A program made the position numbers and the translations under genes. DNA of 63,782 nucleotides, filler included, from an uncultured Ignavibacteriales bacterium (lineage in GTDB: Bacteria; Zixibacteria; MSB-5A5; GN15; JAAZOE01): the NCBI GenBank assembly GCA_964611355.1. It is 3 parts of 3 records of this genome, joined end to end, with 100 filler letters (N's around TTAATTAATTAA, not from the genome) between each part and the next. Parts side by side here need not be neighbours in the genome. Positions count along the whole stretch, not along the records: positions 26,605 to 52,850 come from CAZSYD010000031.1; positions 52,951 to 63,782 come from CAZSYD010000068.1; 1 more part is not named here. The stretch is one strand, 5' to 3'. The first letter of the stretch is position 1. Every line of letters starts with the position of its first letter. The notes beneath the pieces are model-generated. The model was not told where the DNA came from. It worked only from the letters and a program-made list of their open reading frames with translations, and did not search any database. Shown here piece after piece: positions 47,079 to 56,994 of the stretch.

Positions 47079-48224
47079 ATGAATAATAGATTATTAAACT
47101 GGATTGAAATTGACCGGGCGGCGATTCTAAAGAATATCAAAAACCTAAATCGCCTGGCCGGATCCGGGGTTGAAATCGCCGCCGCTCTCAAGGCCAACGC
47201 TTATGGGCACGGCCTGCGGGAGACGATCTCCATCCTTAAAGATTCGTCCGTTTCTTACTTGGCTCTTCATTCCGCCGCTGAAGCCGAGATCGCCCGCGCC
47301 GCCGGGTGGAACCGAAAGATTATGCTGGTTGGAGGCATCGCTCCAGCCAATATCGACGCCGTTATCCGTCTTGATCTGGAACCAACCGTTTTCGAAGTAT
47401 CTTTTATCAGCCAACTTGGGCGTCTTCTGCGAAAGTCGAAGTTGACGGCCCGGATTCATATAAAAATGGAAACCGGCACCCATCGCCAGGGATTAGTTCC
47501 GAAAGAACTCGACCGCGCGGCCAAAGCTCTTAAAAAATACCCCGAAATCACAGTAGCCGGAGTCTCTACCCATTTCGCCAACATAGAAGACACTACCGAT
47601 CACAGCTACGCCAAAGGACAGTTGCAGCAGTTCAAAAGGATGGCGGGGCATCTGAAGCAACTCGGCATAAATCCCGTGACCCGACATACGGCCTGTTCCG
47701 CGGCCCTGCTTCTGTTCAAGGATACATACTTTAATCTTGTCCGTCCGGGCATCGCCGTTTACGGTTACTGGCCCTCGAAGGAAACCTATGTTTCCTACCG
47801 GCTGGGAGGCGGCAGGAATTCGATACTCAAACCGGCCCTGTCGTTCTATTCGCGCATCACTCAAATAAAGACAGTCGCGCCGGACAGCTTTATCGGTTAC
47901 GGCTGCACTTATCGCGCAAGCTCCCGATCCCGCGTTGCGGTTCTGCCGGTCGGTTATTCCGACGGAATCGACCGCCGCCTGTCAAATATAGGGTATGTTC
48001 TCATCAAAGGCCGCCGCGCGCCTATTCGTGGTCGGGTTTGCATGAATTTAATCATGGTTGATATAACCGACATTCCCGGCGTTAGACTCTATGATACCGC
48101 TACGATAATCGGCCGCGACGGCGATGAGCAAATCACCGCCGACACGCATGCTGGCTGGAGCCAGACGATTAATTACGAAATCCTGGCCCGTCTTTCTCCC
48201 GTGTTGCCCCGGTTTGTGATCTGA
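47079..48224 (+). CDS. alr: Alanine racemase
   Basis: 'KANAYGHG', 'VRPGI', 'GY', 'VGYSDG', 'GRVCM', 'TINYE'. Confidence 0.95.
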   Translation: MNNRLLNWIEIDRAAILKNIKNLNRLAGSGVEIAAALKANAYGHGLRETISILKDSSVSYLALHSAAEAEIARAAGWNRKIMLVGGIAPANIDAVIRLDLEPTVFEVSFISQLGRLLRKSKLTARIHIKMETGTHRQGLVPKELDRAAKALKKYPEITVAGVSTHFANIEDTTDHSYAKGQLQQFKRMAGHLKQLGINPVTRHTACSAALLLFKDTYFNLVRPGIAVYGYWPSKETYVSYRLGGGRNSILKPALSFYSRITQIKTVAPDSFIGYGCTYRASSRSRVAVLPVGYSDGIDRRLSNIGYVLIKGRRAPIRGRVCMNLIMVDITDIPGVRLYDTATIIGRDGDEQITADTHAGWSQTINYEILARLSPVLPRFVI

Positions 48225-48254
48225 AAGGTCTGACCGCCTGATAAAGCAAGAATA

Positions 48255-49820
48255 TTATATCGATGAATCATCGATCCGGCTGCTGTCGGATGAACTGCTG
48301 ACCCGATAGATAACGCCGTCGGCCAATCGCGCCTGTTCCTCAAGCTTGAAATGCAACTGTAACTCCTCTACACCATAGAGATAATCGCGCTTCAGGTGAT
48401 TAAACCAGACGAGATACCATTCTCCGTCTGAAGCAGATTTCAGGAATTTATCGAGATTATCGGCCTCGCTACGCGGCGAATTGCAGAGAAACTTCTGCGG
48501 GCTTTCACCGGCACGGATACCGGCATAATAATAGAGCGCTTCGGGACCGTTGGAATAGACCGGCACCGGAACGGGATGAGTCCTGAGATGCCCGATAAGC
48601 TTTGACTCATGCCAGCTTTTCTTTCCGAAGAACCCGATTCCATTGCGATAGATATCCACCGCTTTCGGGATTACCCGAACCGCCGGATAGGTCGCCGCCA
48701 TACAAAACACCAGCAGCAAAATCAAAACCGGATACCGTCCCGACAACCAACCCGGCCGACGGGAAATAACAGTATCTAATCCGAAGAATATAACGATAAT
48801 CAACGGTACGAAAATCGGAGTCAGAAGCCGTGAATTGGGCATGTCAATCGTGGTCGCCGTCGCGATGACGATTATAAGGCCGATATAGATTACCAAAAAA
48901 AGGGATGACAATACAACAATGGCCGGCAGGCCTTCGCGACGGTTACGCCTGATGATAAAGATATAGATTCCGCCCAAAATAGTCACGGCCAGAGCGAAAA
49001 TCAGAATTTGCACGGGGGGTGATATCCGCGACGGCAAAAACCATCCCGCGATCACTTGACCGGCGGCATAAACATTGCTCCACAGCGAATTCCGTGACGC
49101 CTCGCGCCCGCCGCCCGGCGACCCGATAATCAGTATATTACGAATGATCCAGAGACAGATTGGCACTACCGCTATACTCGCAAACAGGATGGCATGCCGC
49201 AACCTTTTGGCAAGGCGATCTCGTTGCCGGAAAAGCAACCAGATTATTCCGGTTAGAACCATGGACAGCCCGATATAGCGTGTCAGAAACGCCAGGGCGA
49301 CAATCACGGCCGATACGGCGAGCGTGCTCGTTTTTTGGTTTCGCGCAAAACAATCAAGTGAAAACAGGAATAATATTGCAAGAAAAGAAAACAGAAAATC
49401 AGTCAGAACATACATCGCCATTCGAAAAACCGCCGGTGACAGCAGAACGACCATGCTGCCGATTATCACCAACACCGGCATCCGAAGATATCGCCGCAGC
49501 ATGCTTCCGGTCAGATATATCAATAATCCAAACAAAAGCGCGTTTATAATCCGGATCGACCCGACCGGTGGTAAACAGATCAAATCCAGGAATGCCAAAA
49601 GCAGTGGGAAAAAAGGCGGCCAGTAATAGTAAAAGGAACCGTCGTATGTCCGGAACCCGTTCCCCGCAGCCAGATTTTCTCCCGCCGCAAGGTAGGTAAT
49701 CGAATCGGAAGATAAGCCGGGACCGTAGGCCGAAGTACTTGCCAGCAACAAAATCGTGCCCAGCAGACCCATAAGGGCGACCGGCCATAATATATTTCCT
49801 CTTGAAGAAATAGCTTTCAT
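48255..49820 (-). CDS. GT-C (ArnT/PMT-like) membrane glycosyltransferase
   Basis: 'DS..Y...A', 'WPP.FP', 'TRYIG', 'W..RN'; many TM segments. Confidence 0.7.
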   Translation of the reverse strand: MKAISSRGNILWPVALMGLLGTILLLASTSAYGPGLSSDSITYLAAGENLAAGNGFRTYDGSFYYYWPPFFPLLLAFLDLICLPPVGSIRIINALLFGLLIYLTGSMLRRYLRMPVLVIIGSMVVLLSPAVFRMAMYVLTDFLFSFLAILFLFSLDCFARNQKTSTLAVSAVIVALAFLTRYIGLSMVLTGIIWLLFRQRDRLAKRLRHAILFASIAVVPICLWIIRNILIIGSPGGGREASRNSLWSNVYAAGQVIAGWFLPSRISPPVQILIFALAVTILGGIYIFIIRRNRREGLPAIVVLSSLFLVIYIGLIIVIATATTIDMPNSRLLTPIFVPLIIVIFFGLDTVISRRPGWLSGRYPVLILLLVFCMAATYPAVRVIPKAVDIYRNGIGFFGKKSWHESKLIGHLRTHPVPVPVYSNGPEALYYYAGIRAGESPQKFLCNSPRSEADNLDKFLKSASDGEWYLVWFNHLKRDYLYGVEELQLHFKLEEQARLADGVIYRVSSSSDSSRIDDSSI

Positions 49821-50056
49821 CTATACCGGCATTATTCCTCAAAAAGCTCGATCATTGGCATCGGTTATTACGGATATCTCGCATTTCTCTCCGCAGGGAG
49901 CAGACGTTGCATAACGCCGGATGAATTAAATCAGCCATCCGGCAGGAAATCAATCCCATAATAATGCAATTTTTCGTAAAGTTGAGCGAAAAACCGTTTA
50001 TTTATTCCTTTCAGGCAAAAAACCACTTGACGTATAAAAACGATTTCCGTTCTTTA

Positions 50057-50074
50057 TTGTGAAACAATTCACAT
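50057..50074 (+). promoter_or_regulatory. Rex operator
   Basis: TTGTGAA-ACAA-TTCACAT matches the consensus TTGTGAA-N4-TTCACAA and lies directly upstream of rex. Confidence 0.8.
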
Positions 50075-50111
50075 GCTGGCCGGTAAACAACAATTTCAGT
50101 CTGAGATAACA

Positions 50112-50765
50112 ATGGCCAAACTGCACGACGGAGAAAAGAAAATTTCGGAATCAACCATACGGCGCCTGTCGCTGTATTACCGGACTCTGTCGATTCTGGA
50201 AAAGGAAAATCACGAAACCATCTCGTCAAAACAACTGGCCCGCCGGGAAAAATTGACGCCGGCTCAGGTTCGAAAAGACCTTTCCTTTTTCGGTTCCTTC
50301 GGTACCCGCGGTTTGGGATATCCCGTGTCGGAACTGAAGAGCCGGATCGCCAGGATACTCGGTATCGACCGGCAGTGGAACGTGGCCATGATCGGAGTCG
50401 GCAACATCGGTTCGGCCCTGGTTTCGTACAAGGAATTCCAGAAACAGGGTTTTATCATCAAGGTGATTTTCGACAACGATCAGCGCAAGATCGGTTCCAA
50501 TCACAAGGGGTTGATCGTATCCGACATCAAGGATATGCGCCGGCTGTTGCGCGAGCATAATATCGAGATGGTTATTCTGGCGGTTCCCGCTATTGTCGCC
50601 CAGTACATCGTTGACGATGTTGTCGCGGCAGGGATCAAGGCGATATTGAATTTTGCGCCGATTAATCTTGTCGTTCCCGACGATGTCTTCCTGCGCAACG
50701 AAAACATGGCAATGGAGTTGGAATACCTGTCATTCGCCATGTCGAATAAGTATTTCCCCAGCTAA
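50112..50765 (+). CDS. rex: Redox-sensing transcriptional repressor Rex
   Basis: 'T.RRL..Y.R', 'QVRKDLS.FG.FG.RG.GY', 'G.GN.G.AL', 'ILNFAP'. Confidence 0.95.
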   Translation: MAKLHDGEKKISESTIRRLSLYYRTLSILEKENHETISSKQLARREKLTPAQVRKDLSFFGSFGTRGLGYPVSELKSRIARILGIDRQWNVAMIGVGNIGSALVSYKEFQKQGFIIKVIFDNDQRKIGSNHKGLIVSDIKDMRRLLREHNIEMVILAVPAIVAQYIVDDVVAAGIKAILNFAPINLVVPDDVFLRNENMAMELEYLSFAMSNKYFPS

Positions 50766-50889
50766 TCGTCGATTGCCCAATCAAGGCGTTAAATTCATCT
50801 AAAGAATGTCGCAGTGTTCATATATCCTATTATCCCTTGCCTCTGTCCGTTTTTGAGATATATTTCCGTTACTGAAGGAGGCTTTCCGT

Positions 50890-51750
50890 ATGCTCCTCGG
50901 CGCTCATGTTTCGATATCCGGCGGTGTCTATAATGCACCGTATAATGGCAAGGAAGCCACCTGCGATGTGGTGCAGATATTCACCAAATCATCCAACCAG
51001 TGGCGGGCAAAGATACTGACCGATGAAGATGCCCAAAAATTCGGACAAGCCCAGCAAGAGACCGGCGTCAAAGTCGCCTGTGCCCATGACAGCTACCTTA
51101 TCAACCTCGCCTCGCCGGACAAGAATCTGTTCAAAAAATCATACGATGCCTTTTTCGAGGAAATGAAACGCTGCGATTTTCTGGGCATCGAAAATCTGGT
51201 TATGCATCCCGGCTCGCACGTCGGCAGCGGCGAAGAAGCGGGTCTAAAACGTATTGCCGATGCTTTTAACCGGATACTCGACGCCGATCCCGACGGAAAA
51301 GTGACCATCTGCCTCGAAACCACCGCCGGACAGGGGACCAACCTCGGTTACCGGTTCGAACATCTGGCGCAGATAATCGACATGGCCGAAAACAAGGATC
51401 GTTTCGGCGTCTGCCTTGACACCTGCCATATCTTCGCCGCCGGATACGCTGTCAAGACCGAAAAGGAATACAAGGCGACTATTAAGGAATTCAATAATGT
51501 TCTGGGACTGGATCGCTTGAAAATTATTCATTTCAACGATTCCAAAAAAGATTTCGCCAGCCGTGTCGATCGGCACGAGTATATCGGCAAAGGTTATATC
51601 GGGAAAGAACCGTTCGGATTTTTCCTAAACGACAAACGGCTATCCGAAATTCCGATGATCCTGGAAACGCCCAAGAAATCGGCTGACGACGATATCGTCA
51701 ATCTCAGAATTCTGCGTTCGCTCATCAAAAAAAAGAAAGGCAAGCGGTGA
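50890..51750 (+). CDS. nfo: Endonuclease IV
   Basis: 'GAHVS', 'H.SYLINL', 'HPG', 'ETTAGQG', 'CLDTCH', 'H.NDS', 'DRH', 'LETP'. Confidence 0.95.
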   Translation: MLLGAHVSISGGVYNAPYNGKEATCDVVQIFTKSSNQWRAKILTDEDAQKFGQAQQETGVKVACAHDSYLINLASPDKNLFKKSYDAFFEEMKRCDFLGIENLVMHPGSHVGSGEEAGLKRIADAFNRILDADPDGKVTICLETTAGQGTNLGYRFEHLAQIIDMAENKDRFGVCLDTCHIFAAGYAVKTEKEYKATIKEFNNVLGLDRLKIIHFNDSKKDFASRVDRHEYIGKGYIGKEPFGFFLNDKRLSEIPMILETPKKSADDDIVNLRILRSLIKKKKGKR

Positions 51751-52805
51751 AAATCGGTATAATCGGCCTCCCGCAATCGGGCAAGACGACTATTTTCAAC
51801 GCCGCTTCCGGCAAATCGGAAACGGTCGGCGATTATTCAAAGGCATCACACCGGGCGATTATAAAAGTTCCCGACCTGCGCCTTGACCGCCTTTCCGAAC
51901 TGGTCGAGCCGGAAAAAACCACACACGCCGAAATCGACTATCTCGACATCTGCGCCTTTACCGGCAAGGGCAAACAAACTGACGCTTCGAGCATAAGCAT
52001 TCCCGAAGACCTGCATTACACCGATGCCCTGATGGTGGTCGTCAATTGCTTTGCGCAGGAAGCCGCGCCGGAACGCGATTTGAATCTATTCACCGAAGAA
52101 CTAATTTTATCCGACCAGATTGTCGTCGAACGCAATCTCGAAAAGCGGCAGCGGGTCGCCCAACTTGCCGCCGACAAGGAAGCCCTTCGCGAAACCGAAA
52201 TCTTAAAAAAATGTTTAAGCAGTCTTGAAAAAGCAAGGCCGCTATCTATGGCCGAACTTGATGACAGCGAAATCAAACTGCTAAAAAATTACAACTTCCT
52301 TTCCCTCAAACCGTTTCTGGTGGTGCTTAACATCGCCGAGGATGATCTCGGTCAGGAAAATAAATGGATGGATAAATTCAAAGACCATCACATTCCCGGT
52401 GTGCGTGAATTCGTCGCCCTCTGCGGCAAAATCGAAATGGAACTGGCGCAGCTTGGAGAAAACGACCGCGCGGCGTTTCTGGATGACCTTGGCATCGAAC
52501 GTCCGGCCATGGAAATTTTAATTCAGAAATCGTACGGTCTTTTGGGATTGGTCTCGTTTTTTACCGTCATCGGCCCGGAAGTGCGCGCCTGGACAATCAG
52601 GGCCGGAGCCAACGCCCGCAAAGCCGCCGGCGCTGTCCACACAGATATGGAACGCGGCTTCATTCGAGCCGAGGTGGTCAAATTCGAGGACTTCGACAAT
52701 TACGGCTCCATGCACGCCGCCAAGGAAGCAGGCAAATATAAACTCGAAGGAAAAGATTATGTTGTTGCTGATGGGGATGTGATTCTATTTCGATTCAATG
52801 TATAA
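51747..52805 (+). CDS. ychF: YchF-family NTPase (divergent G-domain)
   Basis: 'GLPQSGKTT', 'VPD.RL', C-terminal 'EVRAWTI...AAG.VH.D..RGFIRAEV...DGDV..FRFNV'. Confidence 0.8.
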   Translation: MKIGIIGLPQSGKTTIFNAASGKSETVGDYSKASHRAIIKVPDLRLDRLSELVEPEKTTHAEIDYLDICAFTGKGKQTDASSISIPEDLHYTDALMVVVNCFAQEAAPERDLNLFTEELILSDQIVVERNLEKRQRVAQLAADKEALRETEILKKCLSSLEKARPLSMAELDDSEIKLLKNYNFLSLKPFLVVLNIAEDDLGQENKWMDKFKDHHIPGVREFVALCGKIEMELAQLGENDRAAFLDDLGIERPAMEILIQKSYGLLGLVSFFTVIGPEVRAWTIRAGANARKAAGAVHTDMERGFIRAEVVKFEDFDNYGSMHAAKEAGKYKLEGKDYVVADGDVILFRFNV

Positions 52806-52850
52806 GTATCTCAAAATCTGAATATATAAATCCAATCCCTTGCATCATAT

Positions 52851-52950
52851 NNNNNNNNNNNNNNNNNNNNNNNNNNNNNNNNNNNNNNNNNNNNTTAATT
52901 AATTAANNNNNNNNNNNNNNNNNNNNNNNNNNNNNNNNNNNNNNNNNNNN
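52851..52950. other. Artificial contig linker
   Basis: N44-TTAATTAATTAA-N44. Confidence 0.95.
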
Positions 52951-53154
52951 CAATTCGGTTGACCATCCCCGCCTTTCAGTTCCCGACCAAGAAGAGATTC
53001 TGATTTCATAAAAGGATTCCTGTCTTCTATCTCGCTTGAAACGAAACGCTTTGAAAAGCTTCTACAAACCAGGGATATTATCACCAAAAAATTTCCATAT
53101 AACTACTTTTCCCGCTTGATTTTTCTTGATTTGCGATTATATTTACCGGCTGCT

Positions 53155-53865
53155 ATGGCGGTATCGATTAAGCTGTCTGCTTTCAAGGGGAAAATTATCG
53201 CCATCGACGGCCCCGCCGGGTCGGGCAAATCGACGACGGCGAAAACCTTGGCCGAGCGGCTGGGGTTTACCTACCTTGATACCGGCGCGATGTACCGTGC
53301 GGTGGCTCTTTTTGCCCTCAGGCATGGCGTCTCTTTTGAAGACGCCAACGCCCTTGAGCAGATTGTGGCCAGGGTAAGAATTAGGTTCAGGCAGGATAAA
53401 AAGAAAGGGCAGTTGATTTATCTTAACGGCAAAAACGTCACCGAAGCCATCCGGTTGCCGGAAGTAACCCGTGGATCGTCGGCGGTGGCTGTGCATCCCG
53501 GAGTTCGCCGGGAACTGGTGAAAAGGCAGCAGAAGATGGCCAGAAAAGGGAGCGTCGTCGCCGAGGGGCGCGATACGACTTCGGTTGTTTTTCCGCGGGC
53601 TGATTTGAAGATTTATCTTACTGCTGACCTGGAAAAGCGGGCGCAAAGGAGGTTTCTGGAAGCGATGCACATGGGAGAATCGACTACGGTTGAGCAACAG
53701 GAGAAACTTCTGAGAGAACGAGACAAAAACGATTCGGGTCGCAAAGATTCGCCGCTCAAACAGGTCGGGGATGCGATCATGGTCGATACTTCGTCGCTGA
53801 CGATTGAAGAACAGGTGGAGACGATTATACAACATGCCCGAAAGGCTTTTGTACTGAAGAGATGA
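53155..53865 (+). CDS. cmk: Cytidylate kinase
   Basis: 'IAIDGPAGSGKST', 'LDTGAMYR', 'EGRD', 'RD..D..R..SPL'. Confidence 0.95.
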   Translation: MAVSIKLSAFKGKIIAIDGPAGSGKSTTAKTLAERLGFTYLDTGAMYRAVALFALRHGVSFEDANALEQIVARVRIRFRQDKKKGQLIYLNGKNVTEAIRLPEVTRGSSAVAVHPGVRRELVKRQQKMARKGSVVAEGRDTTSVVFPRADLKIYLTADLEKRAQRRFLEAMHMGESTTVEQQEKLLRERDKNDSGRKDSPLKQVGDAIMVDTSSLTIEEQVETIIQHARKAFVLKR

Positions 53866-54482
53866 GATGGCTTGCGTATTGGATAATTTGGTGCCTGGTC
53901 AGATCGTCGATCCGGATTCTGTTCGGCTTCAAGATAATCGGCAGCGAAAATATCCCAAAGGAGGAGCCATTTATTCTGGCAGTTAACCACCAATCATACG
54001 TGGATCCTCCGGTGGTGGCCGTAGCGGTACCAAGAATTATGCACTTTTTCGCTAAAGACGAACTTTTCGATAAATTTTTTCTGGGGCGCTTGATTACCTT
54101 GTTAAACGCTATACCGGTTCACCGCGGAGCTTACGATCCGCAGGCGATAAACCGCAGTCTGGAGGTTCTTTCGGGCGGCGGCGGGCTTATATTTTTCCCC
54201 GAGGGGACGCGGGGTAACGGTCGGGAGTTTTTGAAACCGAAACCGGGCATAGGCCTTATCGCCAAGCTGGCGGAAGTCCCGGTGGTCCCGGCCTTTTTGT
54301 ATCGAACAGATCGTTTGCTAAGGGCGTTTTTTGCGCGGAAGCGAGTGAAAATATTTTTCGGCCCGGCCATTCCCACTGAAAAAATTGAAAAGTTTTCGAA
54401 CGACAAAGACGGTTATCGCTTGCTGGCGGAGTATGTGATGGAGCAGATCGGCCAGTTGAGAAAGCTGGCTTTGGCGAGTTAA
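53862..54482 (+). CDS. plsC: 1-acyl-sn-glycerol-3-phosphate acyltransferase
   Basis: 'NHQSYVDP', 'FFAK', 'FPEGTR'. Confidence 0.9.
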   Translation: MRWLAYWIIWCLVRSSIRILFGFKIIGSENIPKEEPFILAVNHQSYVDPPVVAVAVPRIMHFFAKDELFDKFFLGRLITLLNAIPVHRGAYDPQAINRSLEVLSGGGGLIFFPEGTRGNGREFLKPKPGIGLIAKLAEVPVVPAFLYRTDRLLRAFFARKRVKIFFGPAIPTEKIEKFSNDKDGYRLLAEYVMEQIGQLRKLALAS

Positions 54483-54616
54483 CAGGGCAGGAAGAAAACG
54501 GGTGACATAATTTGAATTGAAACGTTCTTAACAATACGGACCGCAACGCCGACAATTAGAATAATACCTCCGGCTGCGACCGGAGAGTAAATAGAGATAA
54601 AGGAGGACTTCTTAAC

Positions 54617-56860
54617 ATGGCTGATGCCAAAACGAAAACAAAATTGACTGCCGGAAAGACTGGAGGTGAAAAGGCAAAAAAGAGTAAAACCAAAACCTCG
54701 AGAGCCAAAAAGACCAAAACGGCCAAGGCCAAAATGGTAAAAACCAGGGCGGTTGAAGAAAAGAAAAAGACCACCAGAAAAACAACGGAGATTGAGAGGG
54801 TTATTACCGAGCGGAAACGCCGCATAGCGGAAAAGGCGACTCAACGGGCGAAGATGGTTGTCGAGCCGAAATATGAGCCGGAGCCGATTCAATCGATGAA
54901 GCTGACGGAGCTTGATGCGGCTGAATATGACGCCGATGAATACGAGCAAATGATGGCGATGTACGACGGTACTATCCAGGATATCAAGGAAGGTGAAATC
55001 GTTCCTGGTACGGTAATCGGCATAACCCGAGAGGATATTATTGTCGATGTCGGTTTCAAATCCGAAGGTATCATCCCGATAGGCGAATTTACCGGCGATG
55101 TCAATATCAAGATCGGCGACAAGATTGACGTTTACCTCGATGCGGTTGAGGATCAGAATGGACAGCTTGTGCTTTCCAAGCAAAAAGCGGATTTCATGAT
55201 GGTCTGGGATAGGATCCGCGTCTCGCATGACGCAGGCGAACTGGTCCGGGGCAGGGTCAAACGGCGTATCAAGGGCGGTGTTGTGGTTGATGTCATGGGC
55301 GTGGATGCCTTTTTGCCGGGCTCGCAGATCGCTCTTCGTCAGGTGCCTGATTTTGACGCCCTCATCGGCCAGGAGATGGACGTCAAGATCATCAAGCTGA
55401 ATAAAAGCCGGCGTAATATCGTTATCTCGCGACGTGTGGTTCTTGAGGAGGAACGCAACCAGTTGCGCGATCAGCTTCTCAGCGAGATTGAAATCGGGCA
55501 GTTGCGCGAGGGTGTGATCAAGAATATTACCGACTTCGGCGTGTTCATTGATCTTGGTGGCGTGGACGGGCTGTTGCATATCACCGATATGTCCTGGGGG
55601 AGGATGCGGCATCCGTCTGAGATGGTTCAGTTGGGCGACAAGCTGAAGGTTAAAATCCTCGATTTTGATGAAAAGACGTCCCGCATTTCGCTCGGCATGA
55701 AGCAGTTGACGCCGTATCCGTGGGAAAACATCGAAGAAAAGTACCCTATCAATAAGAGAGTCAAGGGAAAGGTAGTTTCCATTACCGATTACGGCGCTTT
55801 CGTGGAGTTGGAGAAAGGCATTGAGGGTCTGATCCATATATCGGAGATGTCCTGGACTCAGCATATCAAGCACCCTTCCAAGATTATGAGTCTTGGCGAT
55901 ACGGTTGAAGCGGTGGTGCTGTCGGTCGACAAGGAAAACGAAAAGATTTCGCTCGGCATCAAGCAGATGGAACCCGATCCGTGGATCGCTGTCCATGAGA
56001 AATACCCGGTTGGCTCGGTTGTCAGAGGTAAAGTGCGGAATTTGACCGCTTTTGGAGCCTTTATTGAGATTGAAGAAGGGATCGACGGCCTGGTCCATAT
56101 CTCCGATATGTCCTGGACCAGGCGCATACAACATCCTTCGGAAATCATGAAGAAGGGTGCGGCCATTGACGTCAAGGTTCTCCGGATTGATTCCGAGAAC
56201 CGGCGGGTTTCCCTGGGGATTAAGCAGCTTAAGGAAGATCCATGGCCGGCATACGCCAAAAAGTATGGCGTTGGTAATGAAGTCCTCGGGGTTATTACGC
56301 GCGTTATGGATCGTGGCCTGATGGTTGAGCTCGACGGCGAGGTGGAAGGATTTGTGCCGGCCAACCAGCTTGGCAAGGAAGGTATGAACAAACCGACTGA
56401 GACTTTCAAAGACGGCGAGCAGATTCCTCTGAAGGTGGTCGAATTCGATCGCGCCGCCCGTAAGATCGTCGTGTCGCTTTCGGCCTATTTTGAAAAGCGC
56501 GACCGCGAGGAGTACGAGGCTTTTCTGGCCAAACGGCTGACTCAAAGCGTCAGCATGGCCGACGTTGCAGGCGACAGCATTTTTGCAGTCCCGACCGGAA
56601 CTGCTGAACCGAAGGAAACCCCCGCCGAACAAGAGCCCATAGAACAAACTCCGCCTGAACCGGCTCTCGATAATGAGGCTCCGAAGGCTGAAGCTTCTGT
56701 GCCTGAATCCTCTACTGATCCCGAAGGATCTGCAGAGACTGAACCCGAACCGGAAGAAAGCGGGCCTGAGGCTTTGGCCGATCAACCGGCGGATGAGAAA
56801 CCTTCCGAGGAAACTCCTTCGCAGGAAACCGCATCCGGAGAGGAAATGACCGACGAATAA
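54617..56860 (+). CDS. rpsA: 30S ribosomal protein S1 with a basic N-terminal and an acidic C-terminal extension
   Basis: Six S1 repeats ('DVGFKSEG', 'AFLPGSQ', 'DGLLHI.D.SW' etc.); SD AAGGAGG. Confidence 0.96.
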   Translation: MADAKTKTKLTAGKTGGEKAKKSKTKTSRAKKTKTAKAKMVKTRAVEEKKKTTRKTTEIERVITERKRRIAEKATQRAKMVVEPKYEPEPIQSMKLTELDAAEYDADEYEQMMAMYDGTIQDIKEGEIVPGTVIGITREDIIVDVGFKSEGIIPIGEFTGDVNIKIGDKIDVYLDAVEDQNGQLVLSKQKADFMMVWDRIRVSHDAGELVRGRVKRRIKGGVVVDVMGVDAFLPGSQIALRQVPDFDALIGQEMDVKIIKLNKSRRNIVISRRVVLEEERNQLRDQLLSEIEIGQLREGVIKNITDFGVFIDLGGVDGLLHITDMSWGRMRHPSEMVQLGDKLKVKILDFDEKTSRISLGMKQLTPYPWENIEEKYPINKRVKGKVVSITDYGAFVELEKGIEGLIHISEMSWTQHIKHPSKIMSLGDTVEAVVLSVDKENEKISLGIKQMEPDPWIAVHEKYPVGSVVRGKVRNLTAFGAFIEIEEGIDGLVHISDMSWTRRIQHPSEIMKKGAAIDVKVLRIDSENRRVSLGIKQLKEDPWPAYAKKYGVGNEVLGVITRVMDRGLMVELDGEVEGFVPANQLGKEGMNKPTETFKDGEQIPLKVVEFDRAARKIVVSLSAYFEKRDREEYEAFLAKRLTQSVSMADVAGDSIFAVPTGTAEPKETPAEQEPIEQTPPEPALDNEAPKAEASVPESSTDPEGSAETEPEPEESGPEALADQPADEKPSEETPSQETASGEEMTDE

Positions 56861-56886
56861 TTCGGCACAGCCATGTTTATTCAGAT

Positions 56887-56913
56887 AAAGGCCCGATCTC
56901 CCGGGCCTTTTTT
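56887..56913 (+). terminator. Intrinsic terminator after rpsA
   Basis: AAAGGCCCG-ATCTCC-CGGGCCTTTTTT. Confidence 0.85.
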
Positions 56914-56959
56914 ATTCATAAAATAGCGGATTGAAGCATGCCGATAGTTAAAACCGAGG

Positions 56960-56989
56960 TTGACATTAACACCCAAACCCTTTATTAAT
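56960..56989 (+). promoter_or_regulatory. Sigma70-like promoter of the four-gene membrane operon
   Basis: TTGACA-N17-TATTAA(T), ending 5-6 nt before the GTG at 56995. Confidence 0.5.
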
Positions 56990-56994
56990 GGGCC

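Noticed and set aside
52951..53087. Partial minus-strand CDS at the contig start
   Set aside because: Too short, with no recognisable motif.
54479..56785. 768-aa minus-strand ORF
   Set aside because: Antisense shadow of rpsA caused by codon bias; no protein motifs.
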